Below the pieces are notes generated by a model. It ran no database searches. It was not told the origin of the DNA and saw only the letters and a list, made by a program, of their open reading frames with translations. DNA of 64,000 bases, from NCBI GenBank assembly GCA_964415425.1, contig CAYQAG010000002.1, forward strand, positions 32,177-96,176, written 5' to 3'. Positions 21,001-30,209 of this stretch are shown one piece after another (within the stretch, counting starts at the first letter, position 1; the number at the start of each line of letters is the position of its first letter). This stretch comes from an uncultured Rhodospirillaceae bacterium. GTDB lineage: Bacteria > Pseudomonadota > Alphaproteobacteria > Dongiales > Dongiaceae. The translations under genes were made by a program, and so were the position numbers.

Positions 21001-21456
21001 ATGCGCCGCTTTGTTCCCGCTTTCTGCTTGGCAATCTTGGCTTTCGCGGTTGCCGCGCTTCCGGCGATGGCCGATACGCCTCAGGATCTCATCATCGCCG
21101 CTGGCGCCAGCCGTTATCGCTTCGCGGTCGAAATCGCCGACGAGCCGGCCGAACGCGAGCGCGGATTGATGTTCCGAACGCAGCTTGCCGCCAATGCCGG
21201 CATGCTTTTCCTTTATTCCGAAGCGGCCGAGCGGCGCTATTGGATGCACAATACGCCGCTTTCCCTCGATCTCCTTTTCATCGGCGCCGATGGCCGCATC
21301 CTTTCTATCGCGCGCCGCGCCCCGCCGATGACCGACGATCCTATCCTCTCGCAAGGCAAGGCCAAGGCCGTGCTGGAGGTGAATGGCGGCACCGCCGACG
21401 CGCTCGGCATTCGCGAGGGCGACCTTGTCCTCTATCCCGGTCTTGGCGCGGAGTGA
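21001..21456 (+). CDS. DUF192 family exported protein
   Basis: Signal peptide; VEIAD..ERERGLMFR, GMLF, WMHNTPLSLDLLFI, VLEVNGG. Confidence 0.9.
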   Translation: MRRFVPAFCLAILAFAVAALPAMADTPQDLIIAAGASRYRFAVEIADEPAERERGLMFRTQLAANAGMLFLYSEAAERRYWMHNTPLSLDLLFIGADGRILSIARRAPPMTDDPILSQGKAKAVLEVNGGTADALGIREGDLVLYPGLGAE

Positions 21457-21459
21457 TCG

Positions 21460-22557
21460 ATGACGGAAATCCCGAAGACGATGAAAGCCGTCCTCCTCAA
21501 GGGCAATGGCGGCTTCGATCAATTGGAATATCGCGAGGATGTCCCGGTGCCCGTTCCCGGCCCGAGCGAGGTTCTGATCCGCGTCGGCGCCGCCGGAATC
21601 AATAACACGGATATCAATACCCGCACCGCCTGGTATTCGAAATCCGTCACCGAAGGCACGCATGAAGCGGGCGGCGCCGGCGGCTATGCGGCGGCGAAGA
21701 GCGAGGATTCGGGCTGGACCGGGAAACCGCCGGTTTTCCCGCGCATCCAGGGCGCCGATGCCTGCGGCCGTATCGTCGCCGTCGGGTCTGGGGTCGATCC
21801 CGTCCGGATCGGCGAGCGCGTGCTGATCGAACCCGTCTTTCGCGCGCCCCTTGGTTGGGTGCCCTATCGGGCGATCTATTTCGGCTCGGAATGCGATGGC
21901 GGTTTCGCCGAATTCGCGAAGGCGCCCTCGGCGCATGCGCATAAAATCGCCAGCGCGCTCGCCGATGCCGAGCTTGCATCTTTCCCTTGCGCCTATTCCG
22001 CCGCCGAAAACATGCTGACGCGGGCTGGCGTCAAAGCGGGGGAGAAAGTTCTCGTCACCGGCGCCTCGGGCGGGGTCGGTTCGGCCGCTTTGCAACTGGC
22101 GAAGCGCCGCGGTGCCGAAATTCTCGCTGTCGCCCATCCCGCCAAGGCGGAAGCGGTGCTGGCCCTCGGCGCCGCCCGAGTCATCGCTCGCGATGCGGAT
22201 TTCCTGGCCGAGTTGGGGCGCGAAACGATCGATGTCGTGATCGATGTGGTCGGCGGCGCGGCGTTCGGCGCTTGGCTGGAAGTTCTCGTTCGCGGCGGTC
22301 GTTATGCGACCGCCGGCGCGATCGCGGGACCGGTCGTCGAACTCGATCTGCGCACACTCTATCTGAAGGATATCCGCCTTTTCGGCTGCACGATTCTGGA
22401 ACCCGAAGTCTTTGCCAATCTCGTCGGCTATATCGAACGGGGCGAGATTCGCCCGCTCGTCGCCAGCATCCGACCTTTGCGCGAAATCGTCGCCGCGCAA
22501 AAGGATTTCCTCGCCAAGCAGCAGGCCGGGAAAATCATCCTCTTGCCTTCCGCCTGA
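21460..22557 (+). CDS. MDR-superfamily oxidoreductase (alcohol dehydrogenase/quinone reductase-like)
   Basis: GINNTDINTR, FPRIQGADACG (GHE Zn motif replaced), DGGFAEF, VTGASGGVG nucleotide-binding motif. Confidence 0.85.
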   Translation: MTEIPKTMKAVLLKGNGGFDQLEYREDVPVPVPGPSEVLIRVGAAGINNTDINTRTAWYSKSVTEGTHEAGGAGGYAAAKSEDSGWTGKPPVFPRIQGADACGRIVAVGSGVDPVRIGERVLIEPVFRAPLGWVPYRAIYFGSECDGGFAEFAKAPSAHAHKIASALADAELASFPCAYSAAENMLTRAGVKAGEKVLVTGASGGVGSAALQLAKRRGAEILAVAHPAKAEAVLALGAARVIARDADFLAELGRETIDVVIDVVGGAAFGAWLEVLVRGGRYATAGAIAGPVVELDLRTLYLKDIRLFGCTILEPEVFANLVGYIERGEIRPLVASIRPLREIVAAQKDFLAKQQAGKIILLPSA

Positions 22558-22578
22558 AAGACGGGGAAGGCCGCGCGC

Positions 22579-22803
22579 TCAAGCCGGCAGACGGATATAT
22601 TGCACGCCGTGTTCGAGCGCGCTTTGCGCGACCGTCTTGCGGCGGGTTTGATCGGTGACGCAGAAAATCTGCGCATAGGCCTGACCGTCGATGCCGGTGA
22701 AGATACTGGCGACCTCCCAGGTCAAAAGCGGCGTCTCGGCGGCGCGATAGCGCGTGCCGATCGTGATCTGATGATCCTTGCGGCGACGAAAAAGGCCGAA
22801 CAT
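22579..22803 (-). CDS. Small hypothetical protein (74 aa)
   Basis: MFGLFRRRKDHQITIGTRYR...; beta-rich, protein-like composition, downstream of the GS-like gene. No family recognised. Confidence 0.5.
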   Translation of the reverse strand: MFGLFRRRKDHQITIGTRYRAAETPLLTWEVASIFTGIDGQAYAQIFCVTDQTRRKTVAQSALEHGVQYIRLPA

Positions 22804-22900
22804 GATCTGGCCGAGCTCCCGATTCGAACCTGCGCTGGGCAGGCAAGCAAGGCTATCAAAGCCCGGTCGCAGCGACAAGCGGCGTGGATGACGATCCCGA

Positions 22901-24283
22901 TCAGGCGTTGCGCAGATACCAATCGTAATCGGCTTCGGTGACGAGGCTCATGAAACGGTCGATTTCGGCGCGTTTGACGGCGGTGAAGACGCGGTGGAAA
23001 TCGGCGCCCAGATAATCCTTCATGCGCGCCGATCCCGCGAAAAGATCGAGCGCCGCCGGCCAATTCGTCGGCAGGCTCAATCCTGCCGCCGCCGCCTGGG
23101 CATAGCCGTTGCCGATCACCGGCGAGCCCGGATCGAGCTTTTTCGTCAATCCCCAGTGAATGGCGGCGAGCAAGGCGGCGACGGCGAGATAGGGATTGGC
23201 ATCGGCGCCGCAAATGCGATGTTCGACATGGCGCGAAGCGGGCGTTCCGGCGGGAACGCGGAAGCTGACCGTCCGATTGTTGATGCCCCAACTGGGCGCG
23301 ATCGGCGCATAGGAATTGGCGCGGAAGCGGCGATAGGAATTGGCGTTGGGCGCGAAGATCGCCATGGATTCGTTCAGCAAAGCCTGCATGCCGCCGATCG
23401 CTTGAGCGAGAAGCGGAGATCCCGCCGGATCGTCGCTGGCGAACGCATTATGGCCTTTGTCATCGGCGAGACTGACATGGAGATGCATGCCCGATCCGGC
23501 GAGATCGGCATGGGGTTTGGCCATGAAGGTCGCCTCGAAACCGTGGCGGAGCGCGATGCCCTTGACGAGGCGCTTGTATTTCACCGCTTCGTCGCAGGCC
23601 TTGAGGGCATCGGCGCGGTGGCGCAAGCCCAATTCCAACTGACCGGGCGCATATTCGGAAATGGCGGATTCGAGCGGCAGCCCCATGCGTTCGCCGGCAT
23701 CGTAGAGATCGCGGAAGAAGGGCGCGAAATCGTCGAGTTCGCGCAAGCCATAGACCTGGATATCGCTCGGCCGGCGTCCGGTTATCGGCGAGATCGGCGC
23801 TTGGCGCGCGCCGTCGGCGCGGGTTTCGCGATCGACGAGATAGAATTCCATCTCGCAGGCGATGACGGGGGTGAGGCCGAAATCGCCGAAGCGCTCGATG
23901 ATCCCTTGCAAAACGTGGCGCGGATCGTAGCGGCAGGGCGAACCGTCGAGTTCGTAGACCGAGAGCATGAGTTCGGCGAAATCGGGCCCGAGATGGGGTG
24001 CCAGCGTCAATCCGCCGGAGCAGGGTTTGCCCAGACGGTCGGCATCGCCATCGGCCCAGACGAGGCCGCTTTCCTCGACATCGGCGCCGGTAATGTCGAG
24101 CGCCAGCATGGTGCCGGGCAGGAAACGGCCGTGATCGTAGATCGGCGCGATATCGCGGCGCAGCAGATTCTTGCCGCGCGGCACGCCGGATTGGTTGGTG
24201 AAGAAAATCTGCACGAAGCGGATTTCGGGATGCGCCGCGAGAAATTCGTCGCTTTCGCGGCGGGGAGCGATCTTGGCAATCAT
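22901..24283 (-). CDS. Glutamine synthetase-like gamma-glutamyl ligase (PuuA-like)
   Basis: GVPRGK, ACEMEFYL, SEYAPGQLE, FMAKP..AGSGMHLHVS, WGINNRTVSFRVP, EHRICGADANPYL. Confidence 0.85.
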   Translation of the reverse strand: MIAKIAPRRESDEFLAAHPEIRFVQIFFTNQSGVPRGKNLLRRDIAPIYDHGRFLPGTMLALDITGADVEESGLVWADGDADRLGKPCSGGLTLAPHLGPDFAELMLSVYELDGSPCRYDPRHVLQGIIERFGDFGLTPVIACEMEFYLVDRETRADGARQAPISPITGRRPSDIQVYGLRELDDFAPFFRDLYDAGERMGLPLESAISEYAPGQLELGLRHRADALKACDEAVKYKRLVKGIALRHGFEATFMAKPHADLAGSGMHLHVSLADDKGHNAFASDDPAGSPLLAQAIGGMQALLNESMAIFAPNANSYRRFRANSYAPIAPSWGINNRTVSFRVPAGTPASRHVEHRICGADANPYLAVAALLAAIHWGLTKKLDPGSPVIGNGYAQAAAAGLSLPTNWPAALDLFAGSARMKDYLGADFHRVFTAVKRAEIDRFMSLVTEADYDWYLRNA

Positions 24284-25668
24284 GATGGCCTCGTCGTCTT
24301 CGGGCGCGCGCCGAGTTCGTCGAGCGCCTGAGCCAGGGTTGCAATCAAACGCGCGATTTGATCGCGGCCGGTTTGCGGGCTGACCAGAGTCATATTGTGA
24401 AAGGGCGCGATCAGGATGCCGCGATTGATGAGATAAAGATGGATCGCCAATTCGAGATCGCCGGCCATGGCCGCCGCCGCCTCGGTTCCGTTGCGCGGTT
24501 TTTCGCGCGCGCAGACGAATTCCGCCCGAGCGCCGACCTGCGAGACATGCCAGGGAAGATCGCGCTCGGCGATGACTTGGGCGATTCCCGCCGCCAATTC
24601 CGCCGAAAGCGGCAGCATGCGATCATAGGCAGCGGGCGTGATGACGTCTTCCAAGGCGGCGCGCATCGCCTTGAATTGCAGGGGATTGGCGCTCAGGGTC
24701 GTCCCCATGCCGCTATAGCCGGGGCCGGCGGCTTGCTCCACCGCCGTCATCTGTTCGGCAATGGCGGCGGTGAAGCCGAAGACCGAGGCGGGAAGGCCGC
24801 CGGCGATCGGCTTACCGAGGGTGAGGAAATCTGGCTGCAATCCATGGGTGCGGGTATAGCCGCCATAGCCGGTCGAAATCGTATGCGTCTCGTCGATGAC
24901 GAGCAGCGTGCCGTAGCGGCGGCAAAGCGCCTGCATGGCATCGAGATAGCCGGGTGCCGGCAGGACCATGCCGATATTGGTCAGCGCCGGCTCGGTGATG
25001 AGGCAGGCGATCTCGCGCTTGGCAAGGACCGCTTCGAGCGCCGGAAGGTCGTTATATTCGACGATCTCGGTGAATTGCCGGAGGTCGTAGCTTTGCCCGA
25101 TCAAGCCGGGGCGGTGGATCGGTTCGCCATTCTTCAGGCGCAGAAACGTATCCTCGACGGCGCCGTGATAGCAGCCGTGGAAGATCAGAATTTTCCGCCG
25201 ACCCGTCAGGCCGCGACACCAACGCAGGACGAAACGATTGGCATCGCTGGCCGTGGTCGCGATCTGCCAGAAGGGCAAGCCGAACATGGCGGTCAATTTT
25301 TCGCCGATGGCAAGGATATCGGCGGTCGGCAACATATAGGTGAGGCCTTGGGCAGCCTGAGCGGCAATGGCGCGCGCCACGGGTTCGGGAGAATGGCCGA
25401 ACATGGAGCCGGTATCGCCGAGGCAGAAATCGTCATAGGCATGGCCGTCGACGTCGCGGAGCCGCGCGCCTTCCGCCGTCGCGACGAAGATCGGGAAGGG
25501 CGTTCCCCAATCCAGCATCCAATGATGCGGCACGCCGGATCGCCAATGGGCCTTGGCGGCCTCGGCCAGCGCTTGCGAGCGGGGATTGGCGGCAGCGAAT
25601 TTTTCCCGCTCGCGCGTCAGCATTGCCGCAATCGCCGCTTTGTCGATTCCGGCCTGGAATGCCGTCAT
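24280..25668 (-). CDS. Class III PLP aminotransferase (GSA-aminomutase-like fold)
   Basis: DVDGHAY.DFCLGDTGSMFGH, GCYHG, TEPALTN, DETHT, TLGKPIAGG (PLP Lys). ATGA overlap with the GS-like gene. Confidence 0.85.
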   Translation of the reverse strand: MTAFQAGIDKAAIAAMLTREREKFAAANPRSQALAEAAKAHWRSGVPHHWMLDWGTPFPIFVATAEGARLRDVDGHAYDDFCLGDTGSMFGHSPEPVARAIAAQAAQGLTYMLPTADILAIGEKLTAMFGLPFWQIATTASDANRFVLRWCRGLTGRRKILIFHGCYHGAVEDTFLRLKNGEPIHRPGLIGQSYDLRQFTEIVEYNDLPALEAVLAKREIACLITEPALTNIGMVLPAPGYLDAMQALCRRYGTLLVIDETHTISTGYGGYTRTHGLQPDFLTLGKPIAGGLPASVFGFTAAIAEQMTAVEQAAGPGYSGMGTTLSANPLQFKAMRAALEDVITPAAYDRMLPLSAELAAGIAQVIAERDLPWHVSQVGARAEFVCAREKPRNGTEAAAAMAGDLELAIHLYLINRGILIAPFHNMTLVSPQTGRDQIARLIATLAQALDELGARPKTTRPS

Positions 25669-25746
25669 GATTCCCCCTGATCTCTCCCCTATCGATCCGC
25701 TGTGATAGCGAGAGTTGAGGGGAAAGAGCAAGGGCCGTGCCGTATC

Positions 25747-27144
25747 TTAGAGGCGCCGCAGCGATCCCGTGCCGATGCGATGGAAGCGCCAGGCGAGCGC
25801 CGCCGAGCCGACGGCAAGGGAAAGAACCAGCCCCCACATCAGCCAGGCCGTGCCGAGGCCGAGGCGATAGCCGAGGATATAGCCGAAGGGGATGCCGATT
25901 CCCCAGAAGACGAGGCCGTAGATGAGGGTGGGGACCTTCGCATCGCCCGCGCCGCGCAAGGCGCCCATGAGGACGCCCTGAATGCCATCGACGATGGTCA
26001 TGAGCCCGGCGATGACGAGCGTAATCTTAAGCAAGGCGGAGACGGTGGGATCGAGCGAATAAAGCTGCGCGAGGTTATCGGCATAAAGAATGGTCGCGAT
26101 CGCGATCGCGCTCATGATCAAGGTTTCGAGACCGAGCGCGACCCAGCCCGCGCGCCGCAAATCCACCGGGCTATTGCGGCCGACGGCATTGCCGACGCGA
26201 ACCGCCGCCGCCGTCGCCAAGCCGATCGTCAGCATGTAGACGAAGCTCGCATAATTGATGGTGTAGGACATCGTCGCCAGCGATTCCTTGCCGAGCCAAC
26301 CGCCGATGGCGATCGTTCCCGAAAAGCAGCTGGTTTCGAGCGCGATGCCGAGGGCAAGCGGCAAGCCGATGCCGATCTGGCGGCGTATATCGGCGAGGCG
26401 CAGCGGCGAGCGGCGCGTCAGCGCGAAATCGTCGCGATCCTTCATGGTCAGCAAATAGCCGAGGATCGTCGCGAACATCGCCCAGCGCGTCAGCGTGATC
26501 GCCAAGGCGGCGCCCGTTTGGCCCATTTCCGGCAAAAACCAGAGACCGTGAATGAGGCCATAGGCGAGGACTAAGTTGACCGCATTGCCGCACCAAGTCA
26601 CGACCATGCCGACGACCGGCCGATGAATGCCTTCGAGAAAGAAGGTGCAGACGGCATAGAGCAGAAAGCCCGGTATGCCGAGGGCGAGGAGGCGGAGCGA
26701 ATGCGCGGCTTCGGGGATGATTTCGGCGGGTTGCTCGAGCAGACCGAGCACGGTTTCGGAGAAGACCAGGGGGCTAGAGAGAAGCAGGGAGGCGAAAAAG
26801 GCGACGACCAGCGATTGACGCCAAATCCTTCCGCCGGCCGATTTTTCGCCCGCGCCCATGGCTTGCGCGGTCAGGATCGTCGTGCTGATCATGAGGCCGA
26901 TATTGATCGTCTGAACGATTTGCTGGGGAAAGATGCTGGCGGCGAAGGCGGCCTGATCGAGCGCGCCCGAATCGCGCAGCAACAGATTGCTGACCGTCAT
27001 CATGACGACGAGGCCCGCTCGCGACGCCATAACCGGCAAGGCAAGAGTCAGGGTTCGCCGCAAATGGCGCCCGATCGGCATGGGCTCTGCGGGGGGAGAT
27101 TCGGCCGCGAGGGCCGCCGCTTCCGGGGTTTCTGCCTTTGTCAT
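25747..27144 (-). CDS. MATE family efflux transporter
   Basis: LALPVM, 12-TM hydrophobic pattern, IGLPLALGIALE, AVRVGNAVG, DGIQGVLMGALRGAGD. Confidence 0.88.
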   Translation of the reverse strand: MTKAETPEAAALAAESPPAEPMPIGRHLRRTLTLALPVMASRAGLVVMMTVSNLLLRDSGALDQAAFAASIFPQQIVQTINIGLMISTTILTAQAMGAGEKSAGGRIWRQSLVVAFFASLLLSSPLVFSETVLGLLEQPAEIIPEAAHSLRLLALGIPGFLLYAVCTFFLEGIHRPVVGMVVTWCGNAVNLVLAYGLIHGLWFLPEMGQTGAALAITLTRWAMFATILGYLLTMKDRDDFALTRRSPLRLADIRRQIGIGLPLALGIALETSCFSGTIAIGGWLGKESLATMSYTINYASFVYMLTIGLATAAAVRVGNAVGRNSPVDLRRAGWVALGLETLIMSAIAIATILYADNLAQLYSLDPTVSALLKITLVIAGLMTIVDGIQGVLMGALRGAGDAKVPTLIYGLVFWGIGIPFGYILGYRLGLGTAWLMWGLVLSLAVGSAALAWRFHRIGTGSLRRL

Positions 27145-27163
27145 CGGTTTTCGTTATCAGTTA

Positions 27164-27185
27164 ATCTTATTGATATCAATAAGAT
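27164..27185. promoter_or_regulatory. 22-bp perfect AT-rich palindrome, putative operator
   Basis: ATCTTATTGATATCAATAAGAT is its own reverse complement; 20 bp upstream of the MATE start. Confidence 0.6.
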
Positions 27186-27203
27186 AGAGGAAGTTCAGAC
27201 CGG

Positions 27204-27232
27204 TTGACAGGATGGATTCCGCCGCCTATGTT
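27204..27232 (+). promoter_or_regulatory. sigma70-like promoter of rpmJ
   Basis: TTGACA-N17-TATGTT. Confidence 0.65.
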
Positions 27233-27279
27233 GCGCGCCGCTTCGCTCAATCATGCGCGCTTCTGACAGGAATTTGACC

Positions 27280-27405
27280 ATGAAGGTCGTTAACTCGCTG
27301 AAATCGGCCAAGGCCCGCCATAAGAATTGCCGCATCGTCCGCCGCAAGGGCCGGGTCTATGTCATCAACAAGACCAATCCGCGCTACAAGGCGCGCCAGG
27401 GCTGA
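27280..27405 (+). CDS. rpmJ: 50S ribosomal protein L36 (type B, Zn-free)
   Basis: Manual translation [41 protein letters not shown]. Too short for the ORF track. Confidence 0.96.
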   Translation: MKVVNSLKSAKARHKNCRIVRRKGRVYVINKTNPRYKARQG

Positions 27406-27523
27406 AGCCGCTCGCGCTTCGATTCGTTCGCGGCCCGGTATTCCGGTCGTTTCTCGATAAGCGGAAGATTAGGATAGCGGCGATTCCCTCGCCGCGCTTT
27501 TCCTTTTGCGCTAGGCTTGCCCC

Positions 27524-29011
27524 ATGCGCATGCCCGATCCCGATCCTACGATTATCGCCCGCAAGGCCGAACTCGCCGCCGCTTTGCGCGCGATCGTCGG
27601 TCCCGCCGCATTGATCGACGATGCGGCGGGGCAAAAGGTTTTCGAAACCGATGCGCTGACCGCCTATCGCCAATCGCCCTTGCTGACCGTTCTCCCCGGG
27701 ACGCGCGCGGAGGCGATCGCGGTTTTGAAAACCTGCGCCGAAGCCGGCGTCAAGATCGTGCCGCGCGGTGCGGGGACATCGCTCTCGGGCGGCGCCTTGC
27801 CGCTTGCCGATGGCGTCGTCATCGGCCTTTCGCGGCTCAATCGCATTCTCGAAATCGATTACGCCAATCGCTGCGCCGTGGTCGAGCCGGGCGTCGCCAA
27901 TCTCGCCATCAGCCATGCCGTCGCCGATTCCGGATTCTATTACGCGCCCGATCCTTCGAGCCAAGTCGTCTGCACGATCGGCGGCAATGTCGCCGAAAAT
28001 TCCGGCGGTGTGCATTGCCTGAAATACGGATTGACGACGAACAATCTGCTCGGCCTGGAAATGATTTTGGCGACCGGCGAAATCGTTCGCCTCGGCGGCA
28101 AGCATTTCGATGCCGCCGGCTACGATCTCATGGGCATTATCGCGGGATCGGAAGGATTGCTCGGCCTCGTCACCGAGGTAACGGTGCGCCTGCTGAAACG
28201 CCCGGAAGCGGCCCGCGCCATGCTGGCGGGATTCGCGACCAACGAGGCGGCCGGCGCCGCGGTCGCGGCCATCATTCGCGCCGGCATCATTCCCGCCGGG
28301 CTGGAGATGATGGACCGATCGGCTATTCTCGCCGTCGAAGCTTTCGCCGCGGCCGGTTATCCGCAGGATGCCGAAGCCCTGCTCATTCTCGAACTCGACG
28401 GCGCGCAAGACGAAGTCGACGATCTCGCGCGGCAGGTCGGCGCGCTTCTCGATGCCGAGGGCGCCTTCATGCGGCGCGAAAGCGCCGACGAGGCCGAGCG
28501 CCTGAAAATGTGGGCCGGGCGCAAGGCCGCCTTTCCGGCCATCGGCCGCTTGACCCCCGATTATCTCTGCATGGACGGATCGATCCCGCGGCGCCGATTG
28601 CCGGAGATGCTGAAGACGATCGGCGATCTTTCGCGCCGCTATCGGCTTGGCGTTGCCAATGTCTTTCATGCCGGCGACGGCAATCTCCATCCGCTCATCA
28701 TGTACGACGCCAACAAGCCCGGCGAATTGGCGGCGGCCGAAGCCTTCGGCGCCGACATCCTCAAAGCCTGCGTCGCCATGGGCGGCGTTCTTTCCGGCGA
28801 ACACGGCATCGGCATCGAAAAGCGCGATCTGATGCCGGTCATGTTCTCACCCGTCGATCTCGATCAGCAGCAGCGATTGAAATGCGCGTTCGATCCCGGC
28901 AGCTTGCTCAATCCCGGCAAGGTTTTCCCGAGCCCCCATCGCTGCGCCGAATTCGGCGCGCTGCATGTCCATGGCGGGCGTCTGCCGCACCCCGATCTGC
29001 CGCGATTCTAA
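27524..29011 (+). CDS. glcD: Glycolate oxidase subunit GlcD
   Basis: PRGAGTSLSGG, YAPDPSSQ..CTIGGNVAENSGG.HCLKYG, FHAGDGNLHP, GEHGIGIEK. Confidence 0.93.
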   Translation: MRMPDPDPTIIARKAELAAALRAIVGPAALIDDAAGQKVFETDALTAYRQSPLLTVLPGTRAEAIAVLKTCAEAGVKIVPRGAGTSLSGGALPLADGVVIGLSRLNRILEIDYANRCAVVEPGVANLAISHAVADSGFYYAPDPSSQVVCTIGGNVAENSGGVHCLKYGLTTNNLLGLEMILATGEIVRLGGKHFDAAGYDLMGIIAGSEGLLGLVTEVTVRLLKRPEAARAMLAGFATNEAAGAAVAAIIRAGIIPAGLEMMDRSAILAVEAFAAAGYPQDAEALLILELDGAQDEVDDLARQVGALLDAEGAFMRRESADEAERLKMWAGRKAAFPAIGRLTPDYLCMDGSIPRRRLPEMLKTIGDLSRRYRLGVANVFHAGDGNLHPLIMYDANKPGELAAAEAFGADILKACVAMGGVLSGEHGIGIEKRDLMPVMFSPVDLDQQQRLKCAFDPGSLLNPGKVFPSPHRCAEFGALHVHGGRLPHPDLPRF

Positions 29012-29013
29012 CC

Positions 29014-30204
29014 ATGACCGCATTCGCTCCGACATCGGAATCAGAAGTCGCCGAATGCGTTGCCGATTGCGCGGCCAGGAAAGCGCCGCTCGAAATCCTG
29101 GGGGGCGGCAGCAAACGGGAATGGGGCCGGCCGGTCGAGGCGGCGCAAAGCCTCTCGCTTGCCGGATTATCGGGAATCGTCGATTACGATCCCGAGGAAA
29201 TGACGATCACCGCCTTGGCGGGAACCGAGCTTTATAAGATTGAGGCGCGGCTTGCCGCTTTCGTGCAATGTTTGGCTTTCGAGCCTTACGATTACGGCAA
29301 AATGTTCCGCAAGCCGTCGCGGCAAACCATCGGCGGCATTGTCGCGACTAATCTTTCCGGGTCGCGGCGGCCTTGGCGCGGTGCGGCGCGCGATCATGTC
29401 CTCGGCTTTCGCGCCGTCAACGGCCGCGGCGAGATTTTCAAGGCGGGCGGCAAGGTGATGAAGAACGTCACCGGCTACGATCTGCCGAAATTGCTGGCCG
29501 GTTCCTTCGGCACGCTGGCGATCCTGACCGAGGTCACGCTCAAGACCTATCCTTTGCAGCATAGCGACAGCCTGCTGCTGTTCGATCGCGATGCGCGCGA
29601 GGCGGAACGCATCATGCTGAGCCCTATCCTCGATAGCGCGAGCCCCACGGGAATAGCCTATCTTCCGGCCAATCTCTCGGATCGCTATCCGGGCGGAATC
29701 GGCAAGGGGCTTGTCATCCTGCGCTGCGACGGCCCGCAAGACCGCGTTTACGCGCGGTTCGACCATTGGCAAGAAGCCTTCGGCGATCCGGTCGGCTTTG
29801 CCATGGGGCCGAGTTCTAACGATCTGTGGCGCGATCTCAATGAGGTTCGATATTACTTTCCCTATGACGATAGTGTGTTTTGGCGGTTCACAATTCCGCG
29901 GTCGCGGGGTTTTGCGTTTGCCGAGGCGCTCGAAAAATTAACGCCGGATACCCGCTGGTACATGGATTGGGGCGGCGGACGAATCTATTGGGACCAGCCG
30001 CCGGATTTCGCCTGCGATCTCGAAGCCTTTTCCGATCTCTTAAGCGCCGGTGGGCATTGCGAATTGCTGCGGGGACCGCTCGATTTGCGCCGCAAGCTTC
30101 GCCCCATCGGCGATCTTGTCCCGGCCTCGTTGCTAGCCGGCATCAAGCAGGCTTTCGATCCCGCCGGCATCCTCAATCCCGGCCGGCTCTATCCGGAATT
30201 CTAG
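29014..30204 (+). CDS. glcE: Glycolate oxidase FAD-binding subunit GlcE
   Basis: GGGSKREWG, LSGIVDYDPEE, RDHVLG, GGKVMKNVTGYDL, DWGGG, FDPAGILNPGR. Lies within the 27517 ORF frame. Confidence 0.9.
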   Translation: MTAFAPTSESEVAECVADCAARKAPLEILGGGSKREWGRPVEAAQSLSLAGLSGIVDYDPEEMTITALAGTELYKIEARLAAFVQCLAFEPYDYGKMFRKPSRQTIGGIVATNLSGSRRPWRGAARDHVLGFRAVNGRGEIFKAGGKVMKNVTGYDLPKLLAGSFGTLAILTEVTLKTYPLQHSDSLLLFDRDAREAERIMLSPILDSASPTGIAYLPANLSDRYPGGIGKGLVILRCDGPQDRVYARFDHWQEAFGDPVGFAMGPSSNDLWRDLNEVRYYFPYDDSVFWRFTIPRSRGFAFAEALEKLTPDTRWYMDWGGGRIYWDQPPDFACDLEAFSDLLSAGGHCELLRGPLDLRRKLRPIGDLVPASLLAGIKQAFDPAGILNPGRLYPEF

Positions 30205-30209
30205 ACGCG

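Noticed and set aside
27164-27185. FNR/FixK box
   Set aside because: Half-sites TTGAT and ATCAA abut with no 4-bp spacer, so it does not fit the canonical TTGAT-N4-ATCAA.
27280-27405. Zn-free L36 (and Cys-free L31 at 42460-42690) as zinc-starvation paralogues
   Set aside because: These forms are the normal versions in Alphaproteobacteria, and no Zur-like box was recognised.
29540-30100. Divergent-looking C-terminal half of GlcE as a possible insertion
   Set aside because: Length and landmark motifs (LRxxG, W..L, WR, DWGGG, FDP.GILNPGR) are collinear with ordinary GlcE.
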